In this document: one piece after another, positions 26,285 through 36,410 of the stretch | Layout of the letters: the number at the start of each line of letters is the position of its first letter | How positions within the stretch are numbered: position 1 is the first letter of the stretch | Assembly (NCBI GenBank): GCA_050250855.1 | Contig: JBFWNW010000002.1 | Location: 192,001-256,000, forward strand | Direction: 5' to 3' | Length of the DNA stretch: 64,000 nt | Source of the DNA: Candidatus Babeliales bacterium | Lineage (GTDB): Bacteria; Babelota; Babeliae; Babelales; JACPOV01 | Notes under the pieces: generated by a model | The model's input: only the letters and a program-made list of their open reading frames with translations | Told to the model about the DNA's origin: nothing | Databases searched by the model: none | Program-made: the position numbers and the translations under genes

Positions 26285-27022
26285 ATGGCAAAAAAATTAG
26301 ATAAAAATACGGAAGTTATATACGGAGCGCATCCTATTATAGAGTTGCTTAAAGCAAAAAAGCGACGTCTTTTAGAGTTATATACCAGCAAGCCGGTTCC
26401 AAAAGCTTTTAAAAAAATTGAATCTTTGTTGCCAAAAGGGTTGCCAGTTTCTTATGTTAATCGAGATAGATTAACTGCTTTGGCTGGTACTACAGAGCAT
26501 CAAGGTGTCGTTGGTCTAACAACGCCTTGCATTATAAGAAAAAAATTTTTTGAACCAGACAAGCAACCGTTTTTACTTATGCTTGATGGTATTCAAGATC
26601 CTCGTAATCTTGGTGGCATTTTGCGTTCTGCCTATTGCACGGGTGTTGATGGTGTTATTATTACGCAAAAAGCAAGTGCACCACTTAATGCAGCAGCATT
26701 TAAAGCTTCAGCTGGGTTAGCTGAGTATTTAGATATTTATTATGCGCCTTCGGCAAAAGCTGCGGTGTTGCAGTTAAAGCAAGTCGGTTATGCAATATAT
26801 CTTTCCATGCTTTCTGATAAAGCAAAAACTGTTACCGATGTTACTTTTAAACAACCACTTTGTATTGTTATTGGTAGCGAAGAAATGGGAATTTCTTCTG
26901 ATATTAAAGCAGATGGCCAGGCAATTATTGTACCGCAAAAAAAGGCGGATATTTCTTATAATGCTTCGGTTGCTTCTGGTATTTTGTTGTTTTTAGCTGC
27001 TACGCAGTTGGAGCGGATATAG
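26285..27022 (+). CDS. rlmB: 23S rRNA 2'-O-methyltransferase, TrmH/RlmB family
   Basis: IYGAHPI, HQGVV, LDGIQDPRNLGGILRSA, GSEEMG, SYNASVA. Confidence 0.88.
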   Translation: MAKKLDKNTEVIYGAHPIIELLKAKKRRLLELYTSKPVPKAFKKIESLLPKGLPVSYVNRDRLTALAGTTEHQGVVGLTTPCIIRKKFFEPDKQPFLLMLDGIQDPRNLGGILRSAYCTGVDGVIITQKASAPLNAAAFKASAGLAEYLDIYYAPSAKAAVLQLKQVGYAIYLSMLSDKAKTVTDVTFKQPLCIVIGSEEMGISSDIKADGQAIIVPQKKADISYNASVASGILLFLAATQLERI

Positions 27023-27123
27023 GTATATATTGATTTATTTTTAGATATATTTTTGAGTTTCACGGTTTTTATGCGGGCCATTTTTTTTGTTAATTTTGTT
27101 TATTATATTTTTTTAAGTATTTA

Positions 27124-27600
27124 ATTATCTCATGGCCCTTACCCAGGGCGGGGCCAGCCCCTTTTGCTTGTACAAAAGGGCTGGACAAAAATACACCAAC
27201 ATGCTGTTGGATCCGCTTGCTCGCTCAGACATCAACCACTCATCCTTCGGCTTCAGGTCGATGATTCGCTACCGGAGTGAATGTATAAAAAATAGTTTAA
27301 TGCACCTTGACCCTTCGATACAATTTCGATTTCATCGAAATCACTCCCTTCGACAAGCTCAGGACAGGCAGGGTGAGCGCACAGAACTATACTTAGTATC
27401 AAAAATAAGAAATTTACATAAATGAATTCATTATAACGCGCTCATCTTGAGTGTTTTTCCGTTAGGAAAAATGTATCAGCCTGCCCGGCGAAGCTTTTTA
27501 GTCCGAAGAAGTTTTTAACGAAGGCGGATTATGCGAAGCCTGGGAAAGATAAAGCGCTTGAAAAGAGGCTGGTCCCGTCCCGGAGAGGGACTGGTAAGAT
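27124..27600. repeat. Composite palindromic element 2 with imperfect terminal inverted repeats and nested modules
   Basis: Left end atctcatggccct...ccagcccctttt; right end aaaagaggctggtcccgtcccggagagggactg is the reverse complement of the left end of element 1; nested inserts at 27346-27368 and 27478-27543. Confidence 0.92.
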
Positions 27601-27765
27601 ATACAAAAAACAAAATGATTATTAAATTCCCTTAAAACCAAATTTACCTTAAAAAATGAACACAACTTCTGAGCTTTCTTTAATATTATTGACTCCTTAA
27701 GCACAAAACTGTTATGAACATGGTAGCAGACTATAAAAAGAGGGGCTTTAAAAAAGGGATAGTCA

Positions 27766-28473
27766 ATGAAGCGCATACGCAGTTGCATAGCGCCAGCTAT
27801 TATTATCTGTTCATCATTACTGTTGCTACGCTCGGGATATCAGTATATACAAGCGCCGGGAGAGGTATATATTTCTTTTGATACTGTTCTTTCTTGCAAA
27901 GCTGCTCAAGAATTTTCTGATTATTGTACTGCTACTTTTCCTACGGTTGATCGTGCTACGTTTTGTAAAGTGGCACAAGAACATTTTCCTTATATAAAAG
28001 ATATAGAAGTGCACCATCGTATGCTGGGCAAAGATAGACTAAAGGTGGCAGCTTATTATCCATGCTATCGCATTAATGAGCAAAAAATTCTTTTAGAATC
28101 AGGATCTTTTATTGATCAAGATTATTTTAATACAGAATGTAGAGAGGATTTATTTCATCTTTCTTGTACGCAGGACATTGTATTTTCATCCTCGGCAAGG
28201 AATTGGTTGCAAGAATATGAAGATATTATTTTTGACTCTTTTTATGTAGCATTTAAAAATCCAACAGAGATTATATTAACAGATAAAAAAGATAGTTCTT
28301 TTAAAGTTGTTTGTTCAGAAAAAACAAGAATAGAACAAAAAGCTCTGGATTCGTATGCACAGATAAAAGAAATGATGAAGCGTTCTGGGCGTTTAAAAAA
28401 AGGGATATATTGCAAAGCAGATTTTCGCTTTAAAAATCAGATAATCGTGTCTTGCAAAAAGGGGGAGTCATGA
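27766..28473 (+). CDS. Divergent FtsQ/DivIB-like cell division protein
   Basis: Single N-terminal TM, POTRA-like FPYIKDIEV, C-terminal DFRFKNQIIV; ATGA-coupled to ftsA. Confidence 0.65.
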   Translation: MKRIRSCIAPAIIICSSLLLLRSGYQYIQAPGEVYISFDTVLSCKAAQEFSDYCTATFPTVDRATFCKVAQEHFPYIKDIEVHHRMLGKDRLKVAAYYPCYRINEQKILLESGSFIDQDYFNTECREDLFHLSCTQDIVFSSSARNWLQEYEDIIFDSFYVAFKNPTEIILTDKKDSSFKVVCSEKTRIEQKALDSYAQIKEMMKRSGRLKKGIYCKADFRFKNQIIVSCKKGES

Positions 28474-29708
28474 AAGGGAAACTATTTTCGCATGAGCCGC
28501 TTATTGCTATTGATGTTGGCACAACCAAAATTTGTGTGCTGGTAGCACAACAAACGGGAGCTGAATCAATAGAATTGATAGGTGTTGGCAAAGCACCATC
28601 CGATGGTTTATCAAAGGGTGTTGTTGTTGATATTAATAAAACTATTCGTTCCATAAAAAAAGCAAAAGAAGAAGCTGAATTAATGGCGGGAATTAGTATA
28701 GAATCAGCATGTATAGGTATTTCTGGAAGCCATATTCATTCTATAAACTCACAAGGCGTAGTGCCCATAAAAAGAAAAGAAGTAACGCATGAAGATATTA
28801 AGCATGTTTTAGAGTCTGCAAAAGCGGTGGCACTACCAGAGGGGCAGCAAATTCTCCATGTATTACCGCAGTACTATATTATTGATGGGCAAGATAAAGT
28901 GCGTGATCCTCTAGGTATGCATGGTGTACGTTTGGAAGCGCAAGTGCATATTATTACGGGCTCAATTTCTTCAGTACAAAATTTAGTAAAATGCTGCGAG
29001 CAGGCTGACATAAAAGTAACAGATATTGTACTTGAACAGTTAGCATCTGCCCTAGCGGTGCTCAGTCCAGATGAGCGCACCTTAGGCGTAGGTATTTTAG
29101 ATATTGGTGGCGGGACGTCTGATTTTGCGTTGTATCATAATAATAGCATTATACATACCATGGTTTTACCTATCGCGGGAAATCACTTTACGAATGATTT
29201 GGCATTAGGGTTACGTATTACTTTAGAAGATGCCGAATGTATTAAAAAAACATGCGGCTTTGCTTATCAGCATGATTTTCAAGAAGGAATTGTACAAGTT
29301 GAATCCGTGCAAGGAGGCGTGCATAAGCAAGTAACCTTGAGCGCATTGGGTTCAATTTTAATGCCCCGTGCAGAAGAGTTATTTTTACTTATTAATAAAG
29401 AATTAAAAAAATATTCTTTCAAGCCATTAATGCCGGCAGGTCTTGTTTTGACTGGTGGTGGTGCGTTGCTTGAAGGTATGCAAGAATTGGCAGAGAAGAT
29501 TTTTGAAATGCCTGTTCGCATAGGAAGACCTCGTGCTGATAATAAATTGTTATTAGAATCACTTGATCATCCAAAATATGCTACTGGTTATGGACTTTTA
29601 TTACATGTAATTGCGCACAATAAAGATTCATCATTACATGCGCTACAAGGGGCATTATTGCAGCGCCTTGCAGCTCGCATGAAAACATGGGTATCAGATT
29701 TTTTTTAA
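28470..29708 (+). CDS. ftsA: Cell division protein FtsA
   Basis: IDVGTTKI, DPLGMHGVRLE, LDIGGGTSD, VLTGGGA. Confidence 0.97.
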   Translation: MKGKLFSHEPLIAIDVGTTKICVLVAQQTGAESIELIGVGKAPSDGLSKGVVVDINKTIRSIKKAKEEAELMAGISIESACIGISGSHIHSINSQGVVPIKRKEVTHEDIKHVLESAKAVALPEGQQILHVLPQYYIIDGQDKVRDPLGMHGVRLEAQVHIITGSISSVQNLVKCCEQADIKVTDIVLEQLASALAVLSPDERTLGVGILDIGGGTSDFALYHNNSIIHTMVLPIAGNHFTNDLALGLRITLEDAECIKKTCGFAYQHDFQEGIVQVESVQGGVHKQVTLSALGSILMPRAEELFLLINKELKKYSFKPLMPAGLVLTGGGALLEGMQELAEKIFEMPVRIGRPRADNKLLLESLDHPKYATGYGLLLHVIAHNKDSSLHALQGALLQRLAARMKTWVSDFF

Positions 29709-29732
29709 GAAAGAACCAATAAAGGGGGAGCT

Positions 29733-30896
29733 ATGATCGATTTTGTTGAAGAAAAAAAAGAGTTCAGCGCAGGAGTTTCTATTAAAGTTTTAGGAATTGG
29801 CGGTGCTGGCGGTAATACCGTAAACAGTATGATTGATGCTGGTTTTGAAGGTATTGATTTTATTGTAGCAAATACTGATGCACAAGCATTACACTTATCA
29901 AAGGCACGCAATAAAATTCAGCTTGGCGTAAAATCAACCAAAGGCCTGGGTACTGGTGCAAATCCAGAACTGGGAAAACGAGCTGCAGAAGAAGATCTTG
30001 AAAAAGTAATGGAAGCTTTAGAAGATGCAGATATTGTATTTTTGACTGGCGGCATGGGCGGCGGCACAGGATCTGGCGCATTGCCCGTTGTAGCGCATGC
30101 ACTTAAAGAAAAAGGTATTTTATCAATTGCTGTTGTTACCAAGCCGTTTGTTTTTGAAGGAAAACGCCGTGCGCAAGTAGCAGAGAATTCTTTAGAACTT
30201 CTGAAAAAAGAAATTGATACGTTAATTATTATGCCGAATCAAAAACTACTTGATGTTGTTGATAAACATGTTTCTATGATTGATGCTTTTGCCATGATTA
30301 ATGAAGTTTTAAATAGATCCGTTAAAGGTATTGCTGATATTATTGCAAAAACAGGGCATATGAATGTTGATTTTGCAGACGTTCGCACTATCATGAAAGA
30401 TATGGGACTTGCTGTTATGGGAACGGGCAGAGCAAGCGGCGAAGACCGTGCAGAACTTGCTGCAATGGAAGCAATCGAATCGCCATTGCTTGAGAATATG
30501 AGCATTGCTGGAGCGCGTGGCGTATTGCTTAATATTACGGGCGGCAAAAACTTAGGGCTCCATGAAATCAGACAAGCGGCGAATATTATTTATGAACAAG
30601 CTGATGAAAACGCCAATATTATTCTAGGTTCTGTTATTGATGATTCGTTAACTGATGAAGTAATTGTTACCGTTATTGCAACGGGCTTTGAATCAAAAAA
30701 TGCTCAAGAATGCAAAAAACAAGAAGAGCCAATGCCGGTTAAAGCTACTATTAAAGATGGTTCAATGCAGTATGAAAAAGTAATGCCAGACTATAAAAAA
30801 GAAGAAGCAAAGAAATATGAATTGAGCTCTGTTGATGATCTTGATATTCCAACATTTATGCGTAAAAAAGAAGGCACAACAGGAAGAATTGACTAG
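29733..30896 (+). CDS. ftsZ: Cell division protein FtsZ
   Basis: GGMGGGTGSG, NVDFADV, C-terminal LDIPTFMR. Confidence 0.98.
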   Translation: MIDFVEEKKEFSAGVSIKVLGIGGAGGNTVNSMIDAGFEGIDFIVANTDAQALHLSKARNKIQLGVKSTKGLGTGANPELGKRAAEEDLEKVMEALEDADIVFLTGGMGGGTGSGALPVVAHALKEKGILSIAVVTKPFVFEGKRRAQVAENSLELLKKEIDTLIIMPNQKLLDVVDKHVSMIDAFAMINEVLNRSVKGIADIIAKTGHMNVDFADVRTIMKDMGLAVMGTGRASGEDRAELAAMEAIESPLLENMSIAGARGVLLNITGGKNLGLHEIRQAANIIYEQADENANIILGSVIDDSLTDEVIVTVIATGFESKNAQECKKQEEPMPVKATIKDGSMQYEKVMPDYKKEEAKKYELSSVDDLDIPTFMRKKEGTTGRID

Positions 30897-30897
30897 A

Positions 30898-31035
30898 GCT
30901 TTATCCTTCCCAGGCTTCGCATAATCCGCCTTCGTTAAAACTTCTTCGGACTAAAGAGCTTCGCCGGGCAAGCTGATACAATTTTCTACGCAAATCACTC
31001 AGGATGAGCGTATATTTTTATGCGCTCATCTTGTC
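30898..31035. repeat. Compound palindromic module (reverse complement of 27438-27555)
   Basis: ccttc[ccaggcttcgcataatccgccttcg...cttcgccgggcaagct]gataca...cactcaggatgagcg followed by a truncated inverted arm cgctcatcttg. Confidence 0.9.
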
Positions 31036-31098
31036 TGTTTTTTTCTTCGTAGTACGCTAACAAATGATTTTAATAAAAAAATATACGGAGAGAAATGT

Positions 31099-32529
31099 AT
31101 GATTTCACTTAAAAAAAAGAGTACTCTAGAAGTAGTATTTGGCGTAACAGCTTTCATTATATTATTGATGATAGGATCACATTTCCTGAGCAAAAGATCA
31201 TTACAAGAAAAATATATTGCCGCGGTTATCACCTCATTTAATAATGCACCATGGGTAGAAAAAAATTTAGATTCTATTTTTGCACAAGATTATAAAAATT
31301 TTCATATTTTTTATATAGACGATTGTTCAACTGATGGTACTGCAGACAAGGTGCAGGAGTATATACAAAAAAGAAATTTAGAAAACTACTTAACGCTTAT
31401 TAAAAATGAAACACGCTCAGTAAAAATGCTTAATTTATATAAAATATATCATCAACTTGATGATTGGGCTCTTGTTGCTCAAATTGATGGTGATGATTGG
31501 TTGGAAAATAAGCATGTTTTTAAAACTATCAATGAAGCGTATGCTAAAGATATATGGCTTGCTTATACGCAATTTTCTATGACAACGGGTGGTAAAGGTT
31601 CAAATGCAGTGCCACCAGCATGGGTGCAGTGGCAGGGTGCTTTTAGAAAATATAAGTCGACATGGTTTATGTATAGTCATTTAAAAACTTTTTATGCATG
31701 GCTTTTCAAGCAGATAAAACTACAAGATTTTATTGATGATGCTACCGGTAAATTTTTACCAAGTAATGATGACGTACTTATGATGTATCCTATGCTTGAG
31801 ATGGCGCGCAATAATTTTTCATTTATTCCAAAAAGCTGTTATGTATGGAATGTTTCACCTGGCTTTAGACCGGAGCTACGCTTGCAGAGTAATCCAGATT
31901 TTCAAGAACAGTTTTTTAAAAAACCTGCATATCAAGCGTTTGAAAAAAATCTTTTGAAAAAAATGAATCAAGGCGATTACAAAGTAGATATTATACTGTT
32001 GGCTTTGCGTGGTGGAGCGGATATAGAGCAGTGTATTGATGCTCTTAAAAAAAATGTTTCTGGTTTTACAAAAATTATAGTACTTACACATAAGCTAGAA
32101 CATGTGCAAGCTATCAAGCAGGATGATACAATTTCAGTGGCATTACTAGATTCATATAATATAGGGAAAAATCAGCTGAGTGATTATTTCTTGATTATTG
32201 ATGATGAATATGCATTTTCTGAAAAAATATCATTACAAGAATGGGCTCAAGAATTAGAAAAAACGAAAGCGGATGCTTTTTATTGCAAGCAGGCACAGGA
32301 GCTTTCTTCGTGCTATCAGCCGTTATATAATTCTTTGTGTGCATGGAAGTATGGTTTTAAAAAATCTGAAGACATTGATTTGAGTAATTATTTTGGACTG
32401 TATAGAAAACAGGCAGCAGATGATATAGTGCAAAAAATAGTATATAATAAAGAATTATATAATCATGATAACTCGGTAGTTGGTTTAGCGTACGAAAAAC
32501 CTTTACTCAAAAAAATTGAACATATATGA
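31099..32529 (+). CDS. Glycosyltransferase family 2 protein
   Basis: N-terminal TM; IDDCSTDGT and IDGDDW (DxD) motifs; degenerate second domain. Confidence 0.85.
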   Translation: MISLKKKSTLEVVFGVTAFIILLMIGSHFLSKRSLQEKYIAAVITSFNNAPWVEKNLDSIFAQDYKNFHIFYIDDCSTDGTADKVQEYIQKRNLENYLTLIKNETRSVKMLNLYKIYHQLDDWALVAQIDGDDWLENKHVFKTINEAYAKDIWLAYTQFSMTTGGKGSNAVPPAWVQWQGAFRKYKSTWFMYSHLKTFYAWLFKQIKLQDFIDDATGKFLPSNDDVLMMYPMLEMARNNFSFIPKSCYVWNVSPGFRPELRLQSNPDFQEQFFKKPAYQAFEKNLLKKMNQGDYKVDIILLALRGGADIEQCIDALKKNVSGFTKIIVLTHKLEHVQAIKQDDTISVALLDSYNIGKNQLSDYFLIIDDEYAFSEKISLQEWAQELEKTKADAFYCKQAQELSSCYQPLYNSLCAWKYGFKKSEDIDLSNYFGLYRKQAADDIVQKIVYNKELYNHDNSVVGLAYEKPLLKKIEHI

Positions 32530-33242
32530 TTTATCACGCAGAAGGGCTTTTTCAGATTGCATTTGGTAATGCCTCCTTTTCTTTTAATCCGAAAAAAATT
32601 AAAGAAAAAAATTTATTACAGCAAATTCCTTTTGAAAAACTTAATCCTATTATGAAGTTGCGTCATCTTGTTTTTCTGCATCAAATTCATGGCAAGGATG
32701 GCTTAGCACTCAAATCATTACCTCAGGTGCGCACTATTAAACCATTTTCAATAGATGGTGATTTTTTAGTAACGCAACTTTCTCATGTCGGGTTGGCAAT
32801 TGCAACAGCAGATTGTTTACCGATTATTTTATTTTGTCCACGAACACTTACGGTTGCCTTGATACATGCTGGTTGGCGCGGCGCGGTGCAAAAAGTTGCC
32901 GCTGCAGCTTTAGAATATATGGAGCGACTGTATCAGGTAAACCCTACGCAAGTACGGGTATTTTTTGGCCCCAGTGCTAAAAGTTGTTGCTATGCTGTTG
33001 GCAGTGAAGTTATAGACTCTCTTAATGCCTTTAGCTATAAAGATGATGTTTTGAAAACAAGGGGTACAGAGACCTTTTTTGACCTTCCCCGTTTTAATAT
33101 GATACAGCTTCAAGATGCGGGTATTCCTATAGCCTCATGTAACACTACGTATAATATATGCACCATTTGTGATCCTTCATTTTGCTCATATCGGCGGGAT
33201 AAGAATGTACAACGGCAGATGACCGTTGTGGCATTAAGGTAA
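32526..33242 (+). CDS. pgeF: Peptidoglycan editing factor PgeF / YfiH family
   Basis: QIHG, TADCLPI, HAGWRG, GPSAKSCCY, FCSYRR. Confidence 0.93.
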   Translation: MIYHAEGLFQIAFGNASFSFNPKKIKEKNLLQQIPFEKLNPIMKLRHLVFLHQIHGKDGLALKSLPQVRTIKPFSIDGDFLVTQLSHVGLAIATADCLPIILFCPRTLTVALIHAGWRGAVQKVAAAALEYMERLYQVNPTQVRVFFGPSAKSCCYAVGSEVIDSLNAFSYKDDVLKTRGTETFFDLPRFNMIQLQDAGIPIASCNTTYNICTICDPSFCSYRRDKNVQRQMTVVALR

Positions 33243-33318
33243 GAATAAAAGCATAGTTGTTGAGGCAATTGCTGATCTGTGCTAGATTAAAGAAAAAATA
33301 TTATCTTAGGAATTGATT

Positions 33319-35853
33319 ATGATAGCACGTATTTTATCTCTTATTTTGGGCACCAATAATGCCCGCCAATTACGCAAATTAGAGCCGATAGTAAAACAAA
33401 TTAATGCTCTAGAGCCTTCAATGAAAGCTTTATCTGATGAACAGCTAGCGGCAAAAACAGTAGAATTTCGCCAGCAACTTGCACAGGGTAAAAAGCTTGA
33501 TGATATTTTACCAGAAGCATTTGCCGTAGTCCGTGAAGCATCGCGCCGTATCTTAGGCCAGCGTCATTATGACGTACAGCTTATGGGTGGTATGATTTTG
33601 CATCAAGGAAAAATTTCTGAAATGAAAACAGGCGAAGGAAAAACGCTTACGGCAACACTTCCTTTATACTTGAATGCTCTTGAAGGTAAAGGTGCTCACT
33701 TAGTGACCGTGAACGATTATTTAGCACGTCGAGATGCTGCCTGGATGAGTCCTGTATTTGAATTTTTAGGCTTAACCGTTGGCGTTATACAAAACCAGAT
33801 GTCAGATGAAGATCGTAAAAAAGCGTATCAATGTGATATTTTGTATGCTACCAATAATGAGTTAGGTTTTGATTATTTAAAAGATAATATGAAATTTCGC
33901 TTAGAAGATTATGTGCAGCGTGATTTGAACTATGCAATCGTTGATGAGGTTGACTCAATTTTAATTGATGAAGCGCGAACGCCCCTTATTATTTCCGGTT
34001 CTTCTGAAGAAAAAAGTCATTTATATGTTCAAATTGATAAAGTAATTCCTCGTTTAAAAAAAGATGAAGATTACGAAGTTGATGAAAAACAACGTACGGT
34101 TCAATTAACTGAATCGGGTAATGATAAAGTTGAAGCAGCACTTGGTCTTGAGAATATTTACGATATTAAAAATTTAAATACTCTGCATCATGTCAATCAG
34201 GCATTACGCGCGCATGTACTTTTTAAGCGTGACGTTGATTATGTTGTCAAAGATGGAGAAGTTTTAATTGTTGATGAATTTACCGGACGTATTTTGCCAG
34301 GTCGCCGTTATAGTGACGGTTTGCATCAAGCAATTGAAGCAAAAGAAGGAGTTAAGGTTGAACGTGAAAGCCAAACATTAGCTTCAATTACTTTGCAAAA
34401 CTTTTTCAGACTTTATAAAAAATTGGCTGGTATGACCGGTACGGCAGTAACCGAAGCTGAAGAGTTTCATCGTATCTATAAATTGGATGTAGTGACTGTT
34501 CCTACTAATAAACCAATGATTCGTCTTGATAAGCCAGATGTTATTTATCTTACTAAGAATGCAAAATACAAAGCAATTGCAGAAGATATTGAGGAGCGTC
34601 ATAAAAAAGGGCAACCGGTTTTAATTGGTACCATTGCTATTGAAACCTCTGAACTTATTAGTAATGTTTTAGAAAAACATGGCATTCCTCATGACGTTTT
34701 AAATGCAAAGCAGCATGCACGTGAGGCAGATATTGTTGCCAATGCTGGTCAAGCTGGGCGTGTTACTATTGCAACAAACATGGCTGGTCGTGGTACTGAT
34801 ATTAAGCTAACGCCAGAAGCGGTAGATGCAGGAGGTCTTTATATTCTAGGAACAGAGCGTCATGAAAGTAGACGCATAGATAACCAGTTACGCGGACGTT
34901 CTGGGCGCCAAGGAGATCCGGGTGAATCTCGCTTTTATATTTCATTAGAAGATGACCTCATTCGTATTTTTTCTGGTGGCGGTGATTCTCTGAAAAAAAA
35001 TATGGAACGTGTTGGTATGACTGAAGATGAGGCGATTGAATCAAAATTCATGTCAAAAACTATTGAACGTTCTCAAGAAAAAGTTGAAAAACATAATTTT
35101 GAAATGCGTAAGCATTTACTTGAATATGATGACGTACTTAATCAACAACGTATGGTTATTTACCGTTATCGCCGTGAAGTCCTTGAAGGTTCTCAACAGA
35201 TTCAAGACCTTTTCTTTGATATGCTTGTTGGCGTGGTCCAAGATATTTTAGAGCGTTTGGCACCAAAAGGAGTTATTACTAAAGAGCGTTTTGAAGAGAT
35301 GCTCAAAATTATTCATGCACTTTCTGGTATGCCGCTAGAAATACTTAAACAAGCAAACTTTAACTATAGTTCACAAGGCACACTTTCTCGTGATGTTATT
35401 GCATTCTTAATGAAGCATTATGAAGAGCAACGTCGTGCTAAGGATGCTGCAAGAATTCATGATGCAGAAAAATGGCTCATGCTTGAAATGATTGATCAAG
35501 CATGGAAGCAGCATATGCTTAATCTTGATCATTTAAAAGAGGGTATCGGCTTGCGAGGTTGGGGCCAGAAGAATCCTTTGATTGAATACAAACGAGAAGC
35601 ATTCTATATGTTCCAGGATATGATGCGCGCGATCAGATTTGACGTTGTGTATAATGTTTTCCATCTTAATCTTGAGCATTTTAATAAACAAGATTTAGAA
35701 AAAAAGCGTGAAGCTGAACTTGCTGAACTTCATATGGCTGCGAGTGCTCAAGAAGAACCAAAGCAAATGGTACGCGAAGGTGATAAAGTTGGGCGCAACG
35801 ATCCTTGCACATGTGGGTCTGGTAAGAAATATAAAAAATGCTGCATGAAGTAA
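33319..35853 (+). CDS. secA: Preprotein translocase subunit SecA
   Basis: MKTGEGKT, DEVDSILIDEARTP, TNMAGRGTDI, C-terminal SEC-C GRNDPCTCGSGKKYKKCC. Confidence 0.98.
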   Translation: MIARILSLILGTNNARQLRKLEPIVKQINALEPSMKALSDEQLAAKTVEFRQQLAQGKKLDDILPEAFAVVREASRRILGQRHYDVQLMGGMILHQGKISEMKTGEGKTLTATLPLYLNALEGKGAHLVTVNDYLARRDAAWMSPVFEFLGLTVGVIQNQMSDEDRKKAYQCDILYATNNELGFDYLKDNMKFRLEDYVQRDLNYAIVDEVDSILIDEARTPLIISGSSEEKSHLYVQIDKVIPRLKKDEDYEVDEKQRTVQLTESGNDKVEAALGLENIYDIKNLNTLHHVNQALRAHVLFKRDVDYVVKDGEVLIVDEFTGRILPGRRYSDGLHQAIEAKEGVKVERESQTLASITLQNFFRLYKKLAGMTGTAVTEAEEFHRIYKLDVVTVPTNKPMIRLDKPDVIYLTKNAKYKAIAEDIEERHKKGQPVLIGTIAIETSELISNVLEKHGIPHDVLNAKQHAREADIVANAGQAGRVTIATNMAGRGTDIKLTPEAVDAGGLYILGTERHESRRIDNQLRGRSGRQGDPGESRFYISLEDDLIRIFSGGGDSLKKNMERVGMTEDEAIESKFMSKTIERSQEKVEKHNFEMRKHLLEYDDVLNQQRMVIYRYRREVLEGSQQIQDLFFDMLVGVVQDILERLAPKGVITKERFEEMLKIIHALSGMPLEILKQANFNYSSQGTLSRDVIAFLMKHYEEQRRAKDAARIHDAEKWLMLEMIDQAWKQHMLNLDHLKEGIGLRGWGQKNPLIEYKREAFYMFQDMMRAIRFDVVYNVFHLNLEHFNKQDLEKKREAELAELHMAASAQEEPKQMVREGDKVGRNDPCTCGSGKKYKKCCMK

Positions 35854-35911
35854 CAGTTTTAAAAACTTTTGAGTTTTATTTTAAGATTAACGATTTTTTT
35901 TGCTTTCATAA

Positions 35912-36390
35912 ATCTTACGGCGCCTTCATGCCAGGCGCAGGGCATAAGGGTATTGCGTGCCCAATACCCTTAACACAAGGGCACATAAGAGAAGATCTCT
36001 TATGTATCTCTCTGCACTCATAACTCGGCTTCCAGATTTTTTCCAAAAATCTGAGAAGCTCTCAAACCTATGAGCTTTCAAGGTGCATAAAATTAAATTG
36101 ACTCTTCGATACAATTTACTACGTAAATCTTTCAGAGTGAAAGCGGAATAAAGATAGAAATTATATTTATGCGCTCATCTTGCCTGTCCTGCCGTGCCCG
36201 ACGTAGCTTTTATGCGAAGTCTGGGAGTTTATCGAAGGGAGTGTTTTTCCGCTAGGAAAAATGTATCAGCCTGCCCGGCGAAGCTCTTTAGTCCGAAGAA
36301 GTTTTAACGAAGGCGGATTATGCGAAAGCCTGGGAAAGATAAAGCGCCTGAAAAGGGGCTGGCTCTGTTCCGAATAGGGCCATGAGTAAT
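35912..36390. repeat. Composite palindromic element 3 with triple nesting
   Basis: Left end is the reverse complement of the element 1 right end; right half matches 27438-27570; nested inserts at 36183-36239 and 36192-36225. Confidence 0.92.
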
Positions 36391-36410
36391 TTTAAATACA
36401 AAGTAATATT

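Noticed and set aside
27132..27788. ORFs 27132-27425 (+) and 27498-27788 (-), the first resembling the 12301 ORF
   Set aside because: The similarity comes from the shared non-coding repeat; frames and lengths are not conserved between copies
35838..36114. Short ORFs between secA and galE
   Set aside because: They overlap composite element 3 and have no protein motifs
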